A stretch of DNA of 63,531 nucleotides, filler included, from Octopus bimaculoides (Eukaryota), in the NCBI RefSeq assembly GCF_001194135.2. It is 6 parts of 5 records of this genome, joined end to end, with 100 filler letters (N's around TTAATTAATTAA, not from the genome) between each part and the next. Parts side by side here need not be neighbours in the genome. Positions count along the whole stretch, not along the records: positions 1 to 13,556 come from NC_068997.1; 5 more parts are not named here. One strand, given 5' to 3'. Position numbers and translations under genes: made by a program. Below, in pieces: positions 1-11,847 of the stretch (its first letter is position 1; each line of letters opens with the position of its first letter). The notes beneath the pieces are model-generated. The model was not told where the DNA came from. It was given only the letters and a program-made list of their open reading frames with translations, and made no database searches.

Positions 1-37
<37 letters not shown>

Positions 38-138
38 CTGTTTGTGTGCATGTGCGTGTATGCCTGTGCTCTTGTGAGTGTATGAGAGAGTATAGGTGCG
101 TCTGTGTGCCTGCAAGAATGCGTCTGTCTGCTCAAATG

Positions 139-174
<36 letters not shown>

Positions 175-310
175 GATGCGTGTTTGCTCGCGTACACGCG
201 CTTGTTTGACAGAGGTAGCAGCGTTAAGGAAGATAAAGTGCAGGTCCCGTCAATATTACTTGAGTGATATGCATATGAGAGAAAGAGAGAGAGAGAGCGA
301 ATGTGCGTGA
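1..310. repeat. Compound (TA)n/(TG)n/(GA)n microsatellite region
   Basis: Dinucleotide runs read directly; the CV- and RE-rich ORFs are their translation. Confidence 0.9.
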
Positions 311-597
311 ATGGTGATGCTGCAAAGATGGTGGCGGTGCCAGTGCCAAAGATGGTAGCGCAGCTAAGATGGCCGCGTATATAATGAAGACAAACGGTTG
401 ATGTTGTTGCTAGATTTATAATATTGTTACATACATAATTCAGCCTTGCTAAGGAATTTTTGCAGAGGTATAAATTCCGACTTTCTATCGACCATGGCGT
501 TGTGCCAAACCTTCTAAGGGAGTGGATATCGTCAATGTAATCGAAAGCATTATTTTACTGGCAGCCGGGTTGTTCTTGTTGTTCTTGTTGTTCTTGT

Positions 598-670
598 ACA
601 GCTCTAGATCAGCCCCTAACTAGCAGACCTGTGATCAAAGACATTGAATCCGCCAATCCTTCCCGTGTTT
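598..670 (+). repeat. Short degenerate dispersed repeat (related pieces near 1012-1085 and 51620-51670)
   Basis: Shared core similar to GA(C/A)...T(G/A)ATCAAAG(G/A)CATT at three loci; highly diverged. Confidence 0.35.
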
Positions 671-2439
671 GCCTCTTTTTTTTTTTTCTTTTTTTGTTCC
701 AGATATATCAAAGAACAAGACAGATGAAAGAACAAATGAACGTATTAGATAAAGTAATCGGAGATTAACTCTGTTTTAAGACCAAAACAGGCCGAAACTC
801 TGATTTAGTCATTGCAAAATACTGTTCATCCGAATTCACCTTAATCCGAGCTCATTTGGGGATTTGAGCAAAATCAGCAGCAATAAAAAAGCACACCAGA
901 ATTTGGTGGGTTGTGAATTACTAGTCTATTGTTTACACAGTCTATTGCCCGCGAACATAATATTTTGCAAGTTAGGGCTACAGTGGTTCTTTTCTATAGT
1001 ATTATTGTTGATGTTTATCCCTAGGCAACCATGACGGAACAGAATTATGATCAAAGGTTTCTAGCCGTGCTCATCTCAACTTGCTTTCACACCTGCTTTT
1101 ACTTCGGATTTAATGTGCCAAGGATTACATTATCCAAAGTATCTTGTTTTGTTTGAATTTAGGATGAGATTTGAGGTTGAGTTGGGCTTCTTTTTCGTAA
1201 AGTTTGCTTTTCAAAGTAGCTTGCAGACCTTTAAGCCATGGCTCCTCTGCAAGAAATAGCTGTAGCCTACTCTTCAAATTATCCCCCATTGATCTGCATT
1301 TTTGCAAAATATATAAATCAGCTCCGGTAAGATATTTAACGCGGATATAAATTCAGATTTCAAATCGATTTTCTGTGACTAGATATTCTGCTAAACTATT
1401 TTAAGGGAGTAAACTGCGTCAATTGAATCGATACAGTAATTTACTGGTACTCGATTTACCAAACGAAATATATATTCCTCAAATAAGATGCTACATTCTT
1501 AAAACTGATGGGAAGGATACACTGGATAATGTGGTACTAGATAGATTGTGGCTGAAGACGTGTTCAGTACAGGTGGAACGTGTTTCTTTATAGGTTTTCT
1601 CTGTCAAAGCTGATGCAATACACCTAATGCAATAACAAGTACAGCCTCAGAGGATGTGAAATCATTCGTGCCTTCCCCAAAGACATCAATAACGTAAGTA
1701 AACTGAAATTGCTTCAAGTGGAGATTGAAACAAGTACCTCATCGTTCCAGATTGTAGGTGAGCTAAGATTACGGCTCCACGACAACCGCTCCCTTAGTAG
1801 CAAGTGAATTTCGATTCTCACGTTACGGAAACCTAACATCGAGACAAAACACGCGAATTCAGGCGCCATCTAATTTATCTCTTTTTTCTTTTCTATCACA
1901 TTCGAAATAACTTTTTTAGTATTTCGTGAGACAAGTGATCATGCCCCTACTTTGCTGTGCTCCCATCCGTAACGAACTTAAAGGGGCTTGACAGTAACAC
2001 GACAGAGGTTGCATACTAGCCGACCCTAAATCCAGTAGCATAACTGTTTCTCAGTAATTAGTAAGTTCAAACATAAACGAGTAATTTTTGCTGATGAACA
2101 ACACCTCAAGGCATCGCTGAAGACAAAGGACAACATGAAAAGGTAGGATTTATTTATGTCTTATACAAAGATATATGCAAAGAGTTTATATTGAAGTCAC
2201 TTGTATTGAAGTCATTTTATAGTAGAGTTATTTCAACATTCGCAAAATCACTTTGACTTTCTGACGGTGCCATTCATTTGTCTTCTTCTTAATAATGTTG
2301 GGAAGGATATGAAACAACGCTTATAAATTGCTTCTTTCTAAAACATAATTTACCGAGTTAAAGACTTCCTTTCAGATAGCAGTGGAAGAAGACTATTACA
2401 TTAAAATTAATGCAAGTCCTTTAAAAATAAAGGCTTCAC

Positions 2440-4345
2440 GCATCATACGTGTGTGCGCTCAGCCATTCAGTAATAAGCTTTACTACATTACGGTCCAAAT
2501 ATATCTGCAGCAGTCCCGTCCTGACGGTAATTCGCAGCTTCTCAAGCCATACATCTAACCTTTTACTAACTGCTCCCAATGCGCCAACCACAGTCGGTGC
2601 CGCTTCCAAGTGCCTGACTCTTCATAGTCTCTTGATTTCCCCCTTTTCAGCCCCTGATATTTCTCAGCTTTCTCACTTTCCCTCTCATTCGCCCTGTTGT
2701 CCCACGGTTAAGTAATATCTACAATAATTGCTTCGTTTTTCTTCTTTACTACGACAACAACGTCGCGTTTTCTAGCCATAATAAAACGATCACAATGGAT
2801 AGTCATGTCCCACAAGATCTTATATCGTTCGTTTTTTGCAACCCTTACCGGTTAGTCCTCATAACATTTCTCACTTCTGTTCATATTAGGACTACTCTCG
2901 CTAGTTGCCATATCGGGTGTTATCTCTAATTCTTTGTAGTGATTATCCTCGTCTATTTTATGTCAGTCAGCCACTCTACACTTCTTTTTCCTACACTTCA
3001 GATATCACGCCAAAGCTTCTTTCTTTCATCTGTATCAGGGATTACATCATCATTCTCAACTACACCATTCATCTCCTGATAGAATCAATTCTGATTTTTT
3101 CAGAAACAACATTCTGCTTATACTGCATGACGCGTTGTTCATACCTCTCCACTTTTTCAGCTTTGCTATGTATCTTTTGTTTCAGCTCTTCAATTACCGT
3201 TGTAATTTTCTTTCTCGTGCTATTGTACTTCCCTGGGTGGAGGCGCAATGGTCCAGTGGTTAGGGCAGCAGACTTACGGTCATAGGATCGCGGTTTCTAT
3301 TCCCAGATCAGGCGTTGTGAGTGTTTATTGAGCAAAAACACCTAAAGCTCCACGAGGCTCCGGCAGGTGGTGGAGGCGAACCCTGCTGTACTCTTCCACC
3401 ACAACTTTTTCTCACTCTTACTTCCTGTTTCTGTTGTGCCTGTAATTCAAAGGGTCAGCCTTGTCACACTGTGTCACGCTGAATATCCCCGAGAACTACG
3501 TTAAGGGTACACGTGTCTGTGGAGTGCTCAGCCACTTGCACGTTAATTTCACAAGCAGGCTGTTCCGTTGATCAGATCAACTGGAACTCTCGACGTCGTA
3601 AGCGACGGAGTGCCAACAACAACAATGTACTTCCCTGTTAGTTGTTCAATATTTCCCCCTTTTTCTTAATGTGCCTCGTTTTTCTCTTTCCAGAATATTA
3701 ATATCTTCTCGAATCATTTTGATGTCCCCTTCAATTATCCTTTTCTACCATGATTCTTTGATCTGATTTTGTGTAGTCTGTTTCAGACCTAACTATTTAG
3801 CAATGCAGATACTTGCAGCACTGATGAATTTGTTGGTTTCTGTGTTGATTCCTGTTGGCACCTTACCAAGGATGCTGCTTACTTTATTAGTTATATATTC
3901 TAGCAGAAGTTACTTTGCTTTCTAAAACTGTTTTTAATTGCTGCCTCCTGACTTAGAGATCTCCAATATATCAGTAATCATCTGTCTGTCTTTTTCCGAC
4001 ATGTCCTTCAGTTCATTGATGTTAATGTCACCCTCTGCATCATCTTGAGTATTCAGTTCCACCTCTACTTGATGGATTCCGCCAATTTCCGTACTCTCAT
4101 CTTTATTTTAATCTCCAACATCTAGAGCTCCTGGTTTATCTTTCTCTTTATAATTTCAATCTCCATCTCAGATAGCCATCCGTTTCTCCGTACTGCTCTT
4201 ACCGTATTACAAATATTCTGTTCAGTGGTTTCAAAGAGCCTTATCTCCTGCTACATTTCTTATATTTTTTGTTCATATCCTCTGATTGGCACACCATATT
4301 CGTTCACAGGCTTGTTTCTAAACTAACATTCCATTACAACCTAGC
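2440..4345 (-). mobile_element. Decayed RLE-type non-LTR retrotransposon (R4/Dong-like), RT domain deleted, interrupted by a SINE at 3236-3625
   Basis: Manual minus-strand translation. N-terminal region: VVMEC*FRNKPVNEYGVPIRGY...[29 protein letters not shown] (~4345-4120); [27 protein letters not shown] (~3770-3680); [29 protein letters not shown] (~3200-3110). RLE domain: KILWDMTIHCDRFIMARKRDVVVV...IIVDIT*PWD...EKAEKYQGLK...VVGALGAV...WLEKL...LLQ (2820-2500). Several stops and frameshifts. Confidence 0.85.
3236..3625 (+). mobile_element. Full-length tRNA-derived SINE, family A (head 1 + tail X), 12-bp TSD
   Basis: tRNA-like head GGTGGAGGCGCAATGGTCCAGTGGTTAGGGCAGC...GGTTTCTATTCCCAG; (CAA)n tail; TSD TGTACTTCCCTG at 3224-3235 and 3626-3637; second copy at 31799-32190. 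Confidence 0.95.
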
Positions 4346-4360
4346 TTATTTCTAGATATG

Positions 4361-4401
<41 letters not shown>

Positions 4402-4539
4402 ACTAACACACACACGTTTATACGCACACACACACGTTTATACGCATACCACACATGTTTATACGCATACATACACATATATAGTTATACGTATCTAGAT
4501 ACACGCATACATGCATTCATACACATCGATGCCCCAGCG

Positions 4540-4720
4540 CTCACTTTAATACTTTATCGGTCTTCTCATCGTCTTTGTTCCAGTATACTACACTAGACCC
4601 TATCATGATGAAGGACTATGTCCGAAACGTCATAACAATTAACTCATTTCATTTCATAATACTTTTGATCGGCAAGTTATTTCCCCTTGTTTTCGTTTGC
4701 TTTTGATTCTTTGAACGTAT
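4540..4720 (+). mobile_element. Penelope-like pLTR remnant with decayed minimal hammerhead motif (4601-4634)
   Basis: TATC(A)TGATGA-A-GGAC-TAT-GTCC-GAAACGTC-ATA matches the minimal Penelope hammerhead layout, with one defect at C3. Confidence 0.55.
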
Positions 4721-5170
4721 ATGCATCCCCAACTACATATATGCATATACGCATGTTCGTGTGTATGTGTGAAAATTCTGCAACAATATGTAGATGGTGA
4801 TGTCAAAAGTGAAATCAATCTCCTTTAGGTTTACGCATGGTACTGCAGAAGCTATGAATCCAGCATTTATAAGGTTCTTTTCTAACGTCTTGGCCATCAA
4901 TATATTTTGATGTAAATAAATATTTTAACATCTGAGATGTTTTCTTCTCAGTAGCATAAATTTTCACGACTATTAACCTCTTTAGAGTGTATACATATAC
5001 AATATATATATCTGCGCTGACAATTGCTGTTGTGGTTAATAAGAGTTATGGTATTACACTTAGTAAAGAAATAAAGATGCTTCTTTCGAAGTCAATATGA
5101 AGTTATGTTCATTAAAGAATAAGAATTTTGATGATGAATGGAGAACTGTTTGAAAATTAATGCTTAATAC

Positions 5171-5210
<40 letters not shown>

Positions 5211-6179
5211 NNNNNNNNNNNNNNNNNNNNNNNNNNNNNNNNNNNNNNNNNNNNNNNNNNNNNNNNNNNNNNNNNNNNNNNNNNNNNNNNNNNNNNNNNN
5301 NNNNNNNNNNNNNNNNNNNNNNNNNNNNNNNNNNNNNNNNNNNNNNNNNNNNNNNNNNNNNNNNNNNNNNNNNNNNNNNNNNNNNNNNNNNNNNNNNNNN
5401 NNNNNNNNNNNNNNNNNNNNNNNNNNNNNNNNNNNNNNNNNNNNNNNNNNNNNNNNNNNNNNNNNNNNNNNNNNNNNNNNNNNNNNNNNNNNNNNNNNNN
5501 NNNNNNNNNNNNNNNNNNNNNNNNNNNNNNNNNNNNNNNNNNNNNNNNNNNNNNNNNNNNNNNNNNNNNNNNNNNNNNNNNNNNNNNNNNNNNNNNNNNN
5601 NNNNNNNNNNNNNNNNNNNNNNNNNNNNNNNNNNNNNNNNNNNNNNNNNNNNNNNNNNNNNNNNNNNNNNNNNNNNNNNNNNNNNNNNNNNNNNNNNNNN
5701 NNNNNNNNNNNNNNNNNNNNNNNNNNNNNNNNNNNNNNNNNNNNNNNNNNNNNNNNNNNNNNNNNNNNNNNNNNNNNNNNNNNNNNNNNNNNNNNNNNNN
5801 NNNNNNNNNNNNNNNNNNNNNNNNNNNNNNNNNNNNNNNNNNNNNNNNNNNNNNNNNNNNNNNNNNNNNNNNNNNNNNNNNNNNNNNNNNNNNNNNNNNN
5901 NNNNNNNNNNNNNNNNNNNNNNNNNNNNNNNNNNNNNNNNNNNNNNNNNNNNNNNNNNNNNNNNNNNNNNNNNNNNNNNNNNNNNNNNNNNNNNNNNNNN
6001 NNNNNNNNNNNNNNNNNNNNNNNNNNNNNNNNNNNNNNNNNNNNNNNNNNNNNNNNNNNNNNNNNNNNNNNNNNNNNNNNNNNNNNNNNNNNNNNNNNNN
6101 NNNNNNNNNNNNNNNNNNNNNNNNNNNNNNNNNNNNNNNNNNNNNNNNNNNNNNNNNNNNNNNNNNNNNNNNNNNNNNN

Positions 6180-6225
<46 letters not shown>

Positions 6226-6289
6226 GTATTTATAAGCTGTCGTATATAACATGCTCGTATACTTTGCTACTGACCATTAAACACTGACC

Positions 6290-6700
6290 ACTAGCACCAC
6301 CAATACCACCAAATATACCGCCATCACCACCCACTACGACCACAACCACTACTATCCGTACCACACGACTACCACCACAACCACCAACAACAACAACACC
6401 AACAACGACAAAACTACTACCACCACCACAAAATCTCTACCACTAACAATCACCACGATCACCATCAACAACACTACCACGGCGAGCACCACCACTACCA
6501 CAACCACCACCACCACCACCACCACAACAACAACAACAACAAAAGCAATAATATTAACAACATCTACTACTAATACTACTACTACTACTACCGCCGCCAA
6601 CACCACCACAGTCAATAAAACTGCAACAACCGCCACCACCACACTAGCAAAGTTACAAGCACTGATGTGCAAAACCATCAGTAAAAATATATACCACTAA
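6290..6700. repeat. Degenerate (ACC/AAC/ACT)n trinucleotide low-complexity tract
   Basis: Seen directly; reads poly-Thr on + and poly-Val on -. Confidence 0.85.
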
Positions 6701-7337
6701 TNNNNNNNNNNNNNNNNNNNNNNNNNNNNNNNNNNNNNNNNNNNNNNNNNNNNNNNNNNNNNNNNNNNNNNNNNNNNNNNNNNNNNNNNNNNNNNNNNNN
6801 NNNNNNNNNNNNNNNNNNNNNNNNNNNNNNNNNNNNNNNNNNNNNNNNNNNNNNNNNNNNNNNNNNNNNNNNNNNNNNNNNNNNNNNNNNNNNNNNNNNN
6901 NNNNNNNNNNNNNNNNNNNNNNNNNNNNNNNNNNNNNNNNNNNNNNNNNNNNNNNNNNNNNNNNNNNNNNNNNNNNNNNNNNNNNNNNNNNNNNNNNNNN
7001 NNNNNNNNNNNNNNNNNNNNNNNNNNNNNNNNNNNNNNNNNNNNNNNNNNNNNNNNNNNNNNNNNNNNNNNNNNNNNNNNNNNNNNNNNNNNNNNNNNNN
7101 NNNNNNNNNNNNNNNNNNNNNNNNNNNNNNNNNNNNNNNNNNNNNNNNNNNNNNNNNNNNNNNNNNNNNNNNNNNNNNNNNNNNNNNNNNNNNNNNNNNN
7201 NNNNNNNNNNNNNNNNNNNNNNNNNNNNNNNNNNNNNNNNNNNNNNNNNNNNNNNNNNNNNNNNNNNNNNNNNNNNNNNNNNNNNNNNNNNNNNNNNNNN
7301 NNNNNNNNNNNNNNNNNNNNNNNNNNNNNNNNNNNNN

Positions 7338-7380
<43 letters not shown>

Positions 7381-7449
7381 TATATATACATACATATATG
7401 TATGTATGCATGTATGTATGTATGTATGTATCTATGTATATATATATAT

Positions 7450-7494
<45 letters not shown>

Positions 7495-8073
7495 CTGATT
7501 GAGAGAGAAAGGTAGAAACATATACATACACCCATACGCACAAATATATATACACTATGTATACTTATATATTTGTGTGTGTGTGTGCATCGTGATAAAT
7601 ACATATACACATATATACCATACCCGCTTACACCAACACATACACATTTAATGGCTGTGGATTAGTTTTACGATATGTACCCTCCACTTTACTCATTTAC
7701 ATTTTAATGTGCCAAAGGTGAGAGCCTACAATTTATTCCTTCCGTGTCTTCAGCAGTAACGCTATCGTACCGTTAATATATGCACTCTGTTTTTGGAGAT
7801 ATACATGCGATATGCTCAAAGCGTGATGCACACGCGTACACAAGATATATGCAAATTTATGTCTTTCTGTTTACGTATGTCGTTATGTGCATGTGCAGTT
7901 AAGTTGTGCGAATAGAATGTACGGAAAGACGTTTACATTTTCAAATTCTTTAGTTGACGCTTCTGTGAAAATTGTTCAATAAAATAGCAAATATACTTAC
8001 ATATCTGTTTGCACGAATATATGTGTATGTGTAAATAAATAATTTTAAAAAACTTTTTAATAAATAAATAAAT

Positions 8074-8230
8074 GAGTGGCTGTGTGGTACGTAGCTTGCT
8101 TACCAACCTCATGGTGCCGGGTTCAGTCCCACTGCGTGGCACCTTGGGCAAGTGTCTTCTACTATAGCCTCGGGCCGACCAAAGCTTTGTGAGTGGATTT
8201 GGTAGACGGAAACTGAAAGAAGCCCGTCAT
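8074..8230 (+). mobile_element. SINE family B, 5' half
   Basis: GAGTGGCTGTGTGGTACGTAGCTTGCTTACCAACC...GGTTCAGTCCCACTGCGTGGCACCTTGGGCAAGTGTCTTCTAC, matching the full copy at 19824-20250; ends at the internal (TA)n tract. Confidence 0.95.
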
Positions 8231-8244
8231 GTATATATATATAT

Positions 8245-8525
8245 ATATATAAATTTAGTGAATGGAGTAAAACGCATATGTTAACTGTATACTTTTATTT
8301 CCAACATATGTTTCGAAGATTACAAATTATACATTTTAACAGAATATTCTGTTAAAATGTCTTACGTTTAAGCTGGTTCCCATGCATTTCCCTGAAGAGT
8401 AGATTACATTTTTAACATCACCGATTCCTATGGAAGGTATAATTTGTAATCTTCGAAACATATGTTGGAAATAAAAGTATGCAGTTAACATATGCATTTT
8501 ACTCCATTCATTAAATTTATATATA
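8245..8525. mobile_element. Foldback/MITE with ~88-bp terminal inverted repeats in a (TA)n tract
   Basis: Arms 8245-8332 and 8437-8525 are reverse complements with only a few mismatches; perfect internal 30-bp palindrome at 8331-8360. Confidence 0.85.
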
Positions 8526-8982
8526 CTCAAGTACCCAAAATATCAAGGAGTTTCTACCATATAAACAGGAGTAACACCACAGTTATTTTGTGATCTTTGC
8601 TATCCTGTTATCTATTAACCAATTTATTTTGTCCGAGTTATTTATTAATTAGGAGAAAATAAATACGCATAATATATATATATATATATATANNNNNNNN
8701 NNNNNNNNNNNNNNNNNNNNNNNNNNNNNNNNNNNNNNNNNNNNNNNNNNNNNNNNNNNNNNNNNNNNNNNNNNNNNNNNNNNNNNNNNNNNNNNNNNNN
8801 NNNNNNNNNNNNNNNNNNNNNNNNNNNNNNNNNNNNNNNNNNNNNNNNNNNNNNNNNNNNNNNNNNNNNNNNNNNNNNNNNNNNNNNNNNNNNNNNNNNN
8901 NNNNNNNNNNNNNNNNNNNNNNNNNNNNNNNNNNNNNNATATATATATATATATATATAAGTTCAAAAAACACAAAAAACAA

Positions 8983-9036
8983 TAGGTGTTCGGTGAAACG
9001 GTCGGCCAGCCGGCGGCCCGTCTGCCCCACGTAGAG
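8983..9036 (-). mobile_element. Tiny Penelope GIY-YIG endonuclease fragment
   Basis: Translates LYVGQTGRRLADRFTEHL, the YIG/YVG...R...EH motif also seen at 27423-27860. Confidence 0.7.
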
Positions 9037-9809
9037 TTGGTTGCTAATATTTGGTTGCTAGTATATATGCATGTAAAAATATAAAAATGTATATACATAT
9101 GTATGTTTGTATGATATAATGCCTGCTTGTATGGATGTATGCATATATCCACGTAGTATGTATGTATGTATGTATGTATGTATGTATGTATGCTCGCGCA
9201 TGCGTGCTTAGTCAGAGTCGCATAAGTTATACTAACTTGCAAAAAGATTGTCTTATATTTTATTTAACGTTAGTCAATTGATTTGTCCTTATTTTTGTTG
9301 TTTTTTCTCTTAATAGACATACAAAATATTCTAACAAATATAGTTAAAACCCTCAAGTGTGCTATTTTCTGTCAGGAAGATTATTCTTGGAGTATATGAT
9401 ACGGTAAGGTACGTTACCCTGAATTTCATTTTCTCAGGCGATATCACTGAGGCGGTATCATAAGCAATGAAGTATATCCGTGGAGCGGTTATTGTACTAG
9501 TTTGTAAATAAACAAACAAATAAATCAATAAATAAATAAATGGAATGAAATAAAATAAAAACTATTCAATCATTCTCAGAGATCCTACTGTAGTTATATA
9601 ACCATATCCTATGTCCAGAGCTGCTTACGTAACTCGAAGTCATAGTGCATCAAATGCTTTCTTTTTTTTCTTTTTCTTTTCTTTTCTTTTATTCCCCCAC
9701 CCTTCATTAGATTGATATATTGCAATATGCGAGATACGAGACATCAATCACAGAGTAAGTTTACTCTTGTTATTCATCATCATCATCATTGTTGTTATTA
9801 TGATTGAGC

Positions 9810-9953
9810 AAGGCGAGCTGGTAGAAGCTTTAGCACATCGAGCAAAGTGATTAGCGGCATTTCGCCCGTCTTTACATTCTGAGTTCAAATTCCGCCGAAG
9901 TAGACTTTGCCTTTCATTCCTACGGGGTCGATAACATAAGTACTAGTACAAGG
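9810..9953 (+). mobile_element. SINE family C (CORE-like), 3' tail lost
   Basis: AAGGCGAGCTGGTAGAAG...GAGTTCAAATTCCGCCGAAGTAGACTTTGCCTTTCATTCCTACGGGGTCGATAACATAAGTACTAG; reverse complement of the 61231-61460 copy. Confidence 0.9.
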
Positions 9954-9959
9954 CACCCC

Positions 9960-10180
9960 CTTGCCGAATCGCTTGGCCGCGAAGACATAAACACACCAGA
10001 ATCGGTTGTCAAGCGATGGCGGGGCGACAAACACAGATGCACACACATGAATATATATATATACATACACACACACGTATACGACGGCTTTCTTTTTCAG
10101 TTTCCGTCTACCAAATCTACTCATAAGGTTGTGGTAGGCCCGTGACTAGAGTAGAAGACACTTGCACATGGTGACACGTA
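9960..10180 (-). mobile_element. SINE family B, internal part
   Basis: Reverse complement of the family-B middle region including the internal (TA/TG)n tract. Confidence 0.85.
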
Positions 10181-10189
10181 AATGTGGAC

Positions 10190-10478
10190 CCTGTAGGAAT
10201 GTTTGTCAAAAGTGGACCTCAGCTGGATTAGAACTAAGGACGTAGGGTGGAGCAATTAAATACTACCAAGGCATTTTATCTGACATACTAACGATTTTAC
10301 TACGACCCCTCAAATTTAATGGAAAAGTTATGACGGATTATATTGAGCTTGAAAACTGAACCTGGAAATACGAAATACAAAAATCAATCTCGGCGGTACG
10401 TGAACAAAGACTGTAGAATGAATCAACTACCTGACAACAAATGAATTTCTCTGATCATCTTACCGATTCTGTCAATCC
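10190..10478 (-). mobile_element. Two highly degenerate family-C SINE remnants (~10190-10305 and ~10383-10478)
   Basis: Residual CAAAGTGGACCTCAGC...GAACT...AACGATT motifs. Confidence 0.45.
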
Positions 10479-11450
10479 ACAGCTGTACTCTTTTCTGTAA
10501 TCCTATGTTATCCGAAGGTAGATTTTAGTGATAATTGCATCTTCAACATTTTACAAAAAACAAACTGAGATAACTACAATTAACAAAAGAGAGCGAGAGT
10601 AAAAAAAAAAATCAGTCTTTTTCTTTCTGACATCGTAAAATTGTTTACATTGTTCCCCATCTTTTTATTTTCCTACAATATCTATGTTATTAGATTTAGC
10701 TTTCTCTTACAATCTTGTTGATGTGTTTTTCTCTGTCAGCAATGTTGTTCTTGTATTCATAGTCAATTGTTTTACCGTTTCTCTCCTTCTAGTAGAACTT
10801 GTTTTCGTAGTTGTTCAATTCTATGAGAACGCAAATTGGATAGGTCTGAGATCAAAGGTACTCTAGGCGTCTCTGATTTGCTTTCTAATCCGGATTAATG
10901 TGTCTGAAGCTACGTTGTCCAGTGTGTTCCTTTTCCAGAAAGTAGGGTGTAATTTGGAAGAAATTTAATTGCTAATTCTAGAGAAGGACGAAATACTGCA
11001 GACAAGTTTTGGTGGAGAGATGTAGGCAGATAAGAAAATGTACCAGACATAAGCACAAGGGAACAAAAATTAAGAAACGAAACGGTCAAGAATTGCAGGT
11101 AGGACAATGGCTACACATGTAATATCTGAAGGCATCAAAACATCACTACCTATTACAGAAAATTGTAAAACACCAGGAATTGGAAAAGATCAAACCTTAG
11201 ACTTAACAAGAAACTGCTGATTCGGGCGGAGTGTTGCTTAGCTACATGATATCGTCAGAGCTACGTGATAATGATTCTTCCACCAATTTCAAGAACCTTA
11301 AAAAATGTAATGGGAGTTATCTTTTATCCTATGAGATGATTGTAAAAAATCGTATCCAAATCTACACCACGTCAAATACTAGGATTTATACTAAAAACCA
11401 TCTCTCCAACTGTATGTCCTTGTTTCTAAATTACAAATTATCATTATTAC

Positions 11451-11613
11451 GATTAGCGGCATTTCGTCCGTCGTTACGCTCTGAGTTCAAATTCTGCCAA
11501 GATCAACTTTACCTTTCATCCTTTCGGATTCGATAAAATAAGTACTAGTTGAATACTGGGGTCGATGTAATCGATTTATCCCCTTCCCGAACTTGCTGGC
11601 CTTGTGCCAAAAT
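11451..11613 (+). mobile_element. SINE family C, 5'-truncated, tail variant ii, followed by (ATC)n
   Basis: GATTAGCGGCATTTCGTCCG...CTGAGTTCAAATTC...GATAAAATAAGTACTAG...CTGGGGTCGATGTAATCG...GGCCTTGTGCCAAAATT. Confidence 0.9.
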
Positions 11614-11614
11614 T

Positions 11615-11649
<35 letters not shown>

Positions 11650-11727
11650 TGCCTTTGCACAGCTTCTAACGCTGGAGATGTACTACGGCGTCAGCTGTTC
11701 ACTACCAGTAAACTAAGATAACAGCTC

Positions 11728-11847
11728 TTTGGTCGGCCCGAAGCTATAGTAGAAGACACTTACCTAAGATGCCACGCAGTGGGACAGAACCCAGAACCAT
11801 GTGGTTGGTTTGTAAAGCTACTTACCACACAGCCACTCCTGCGCCCA
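11728..11847 (-). mobile_element. SINE family B head
   Basis: Reverse complement of the family-B head, ending GCTACTTACCACACAGCCACTCCTGCGCC. Confidence 0.93.

Noticed and set aside
1640-1810. Short open frame GCEIIRAFPKDINN with a GTAAGT donor
   Set aside because: In-frame stop immediately upstream, no good acceptor, no recognisable homology.
3236-3310. tRNA genes at SINE heads
   Set aside because: A/B boxes are present but they continue into SINE bodies with TSDs; no complete cloverleaf is supportable.
5157-6287. Long ORFs spanning N gaps (here and at all other gaps)
   Set aside because: Open only because N codons are not stops.
6290-6700. Thr-rich mucin-like exon (+) or Val-rich membrane ORF (6352-6678, -)
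   Set aside because: ACN-type trinucleotide repeats avoid stops automatically; no start or splice context and no non-repetitive domain.
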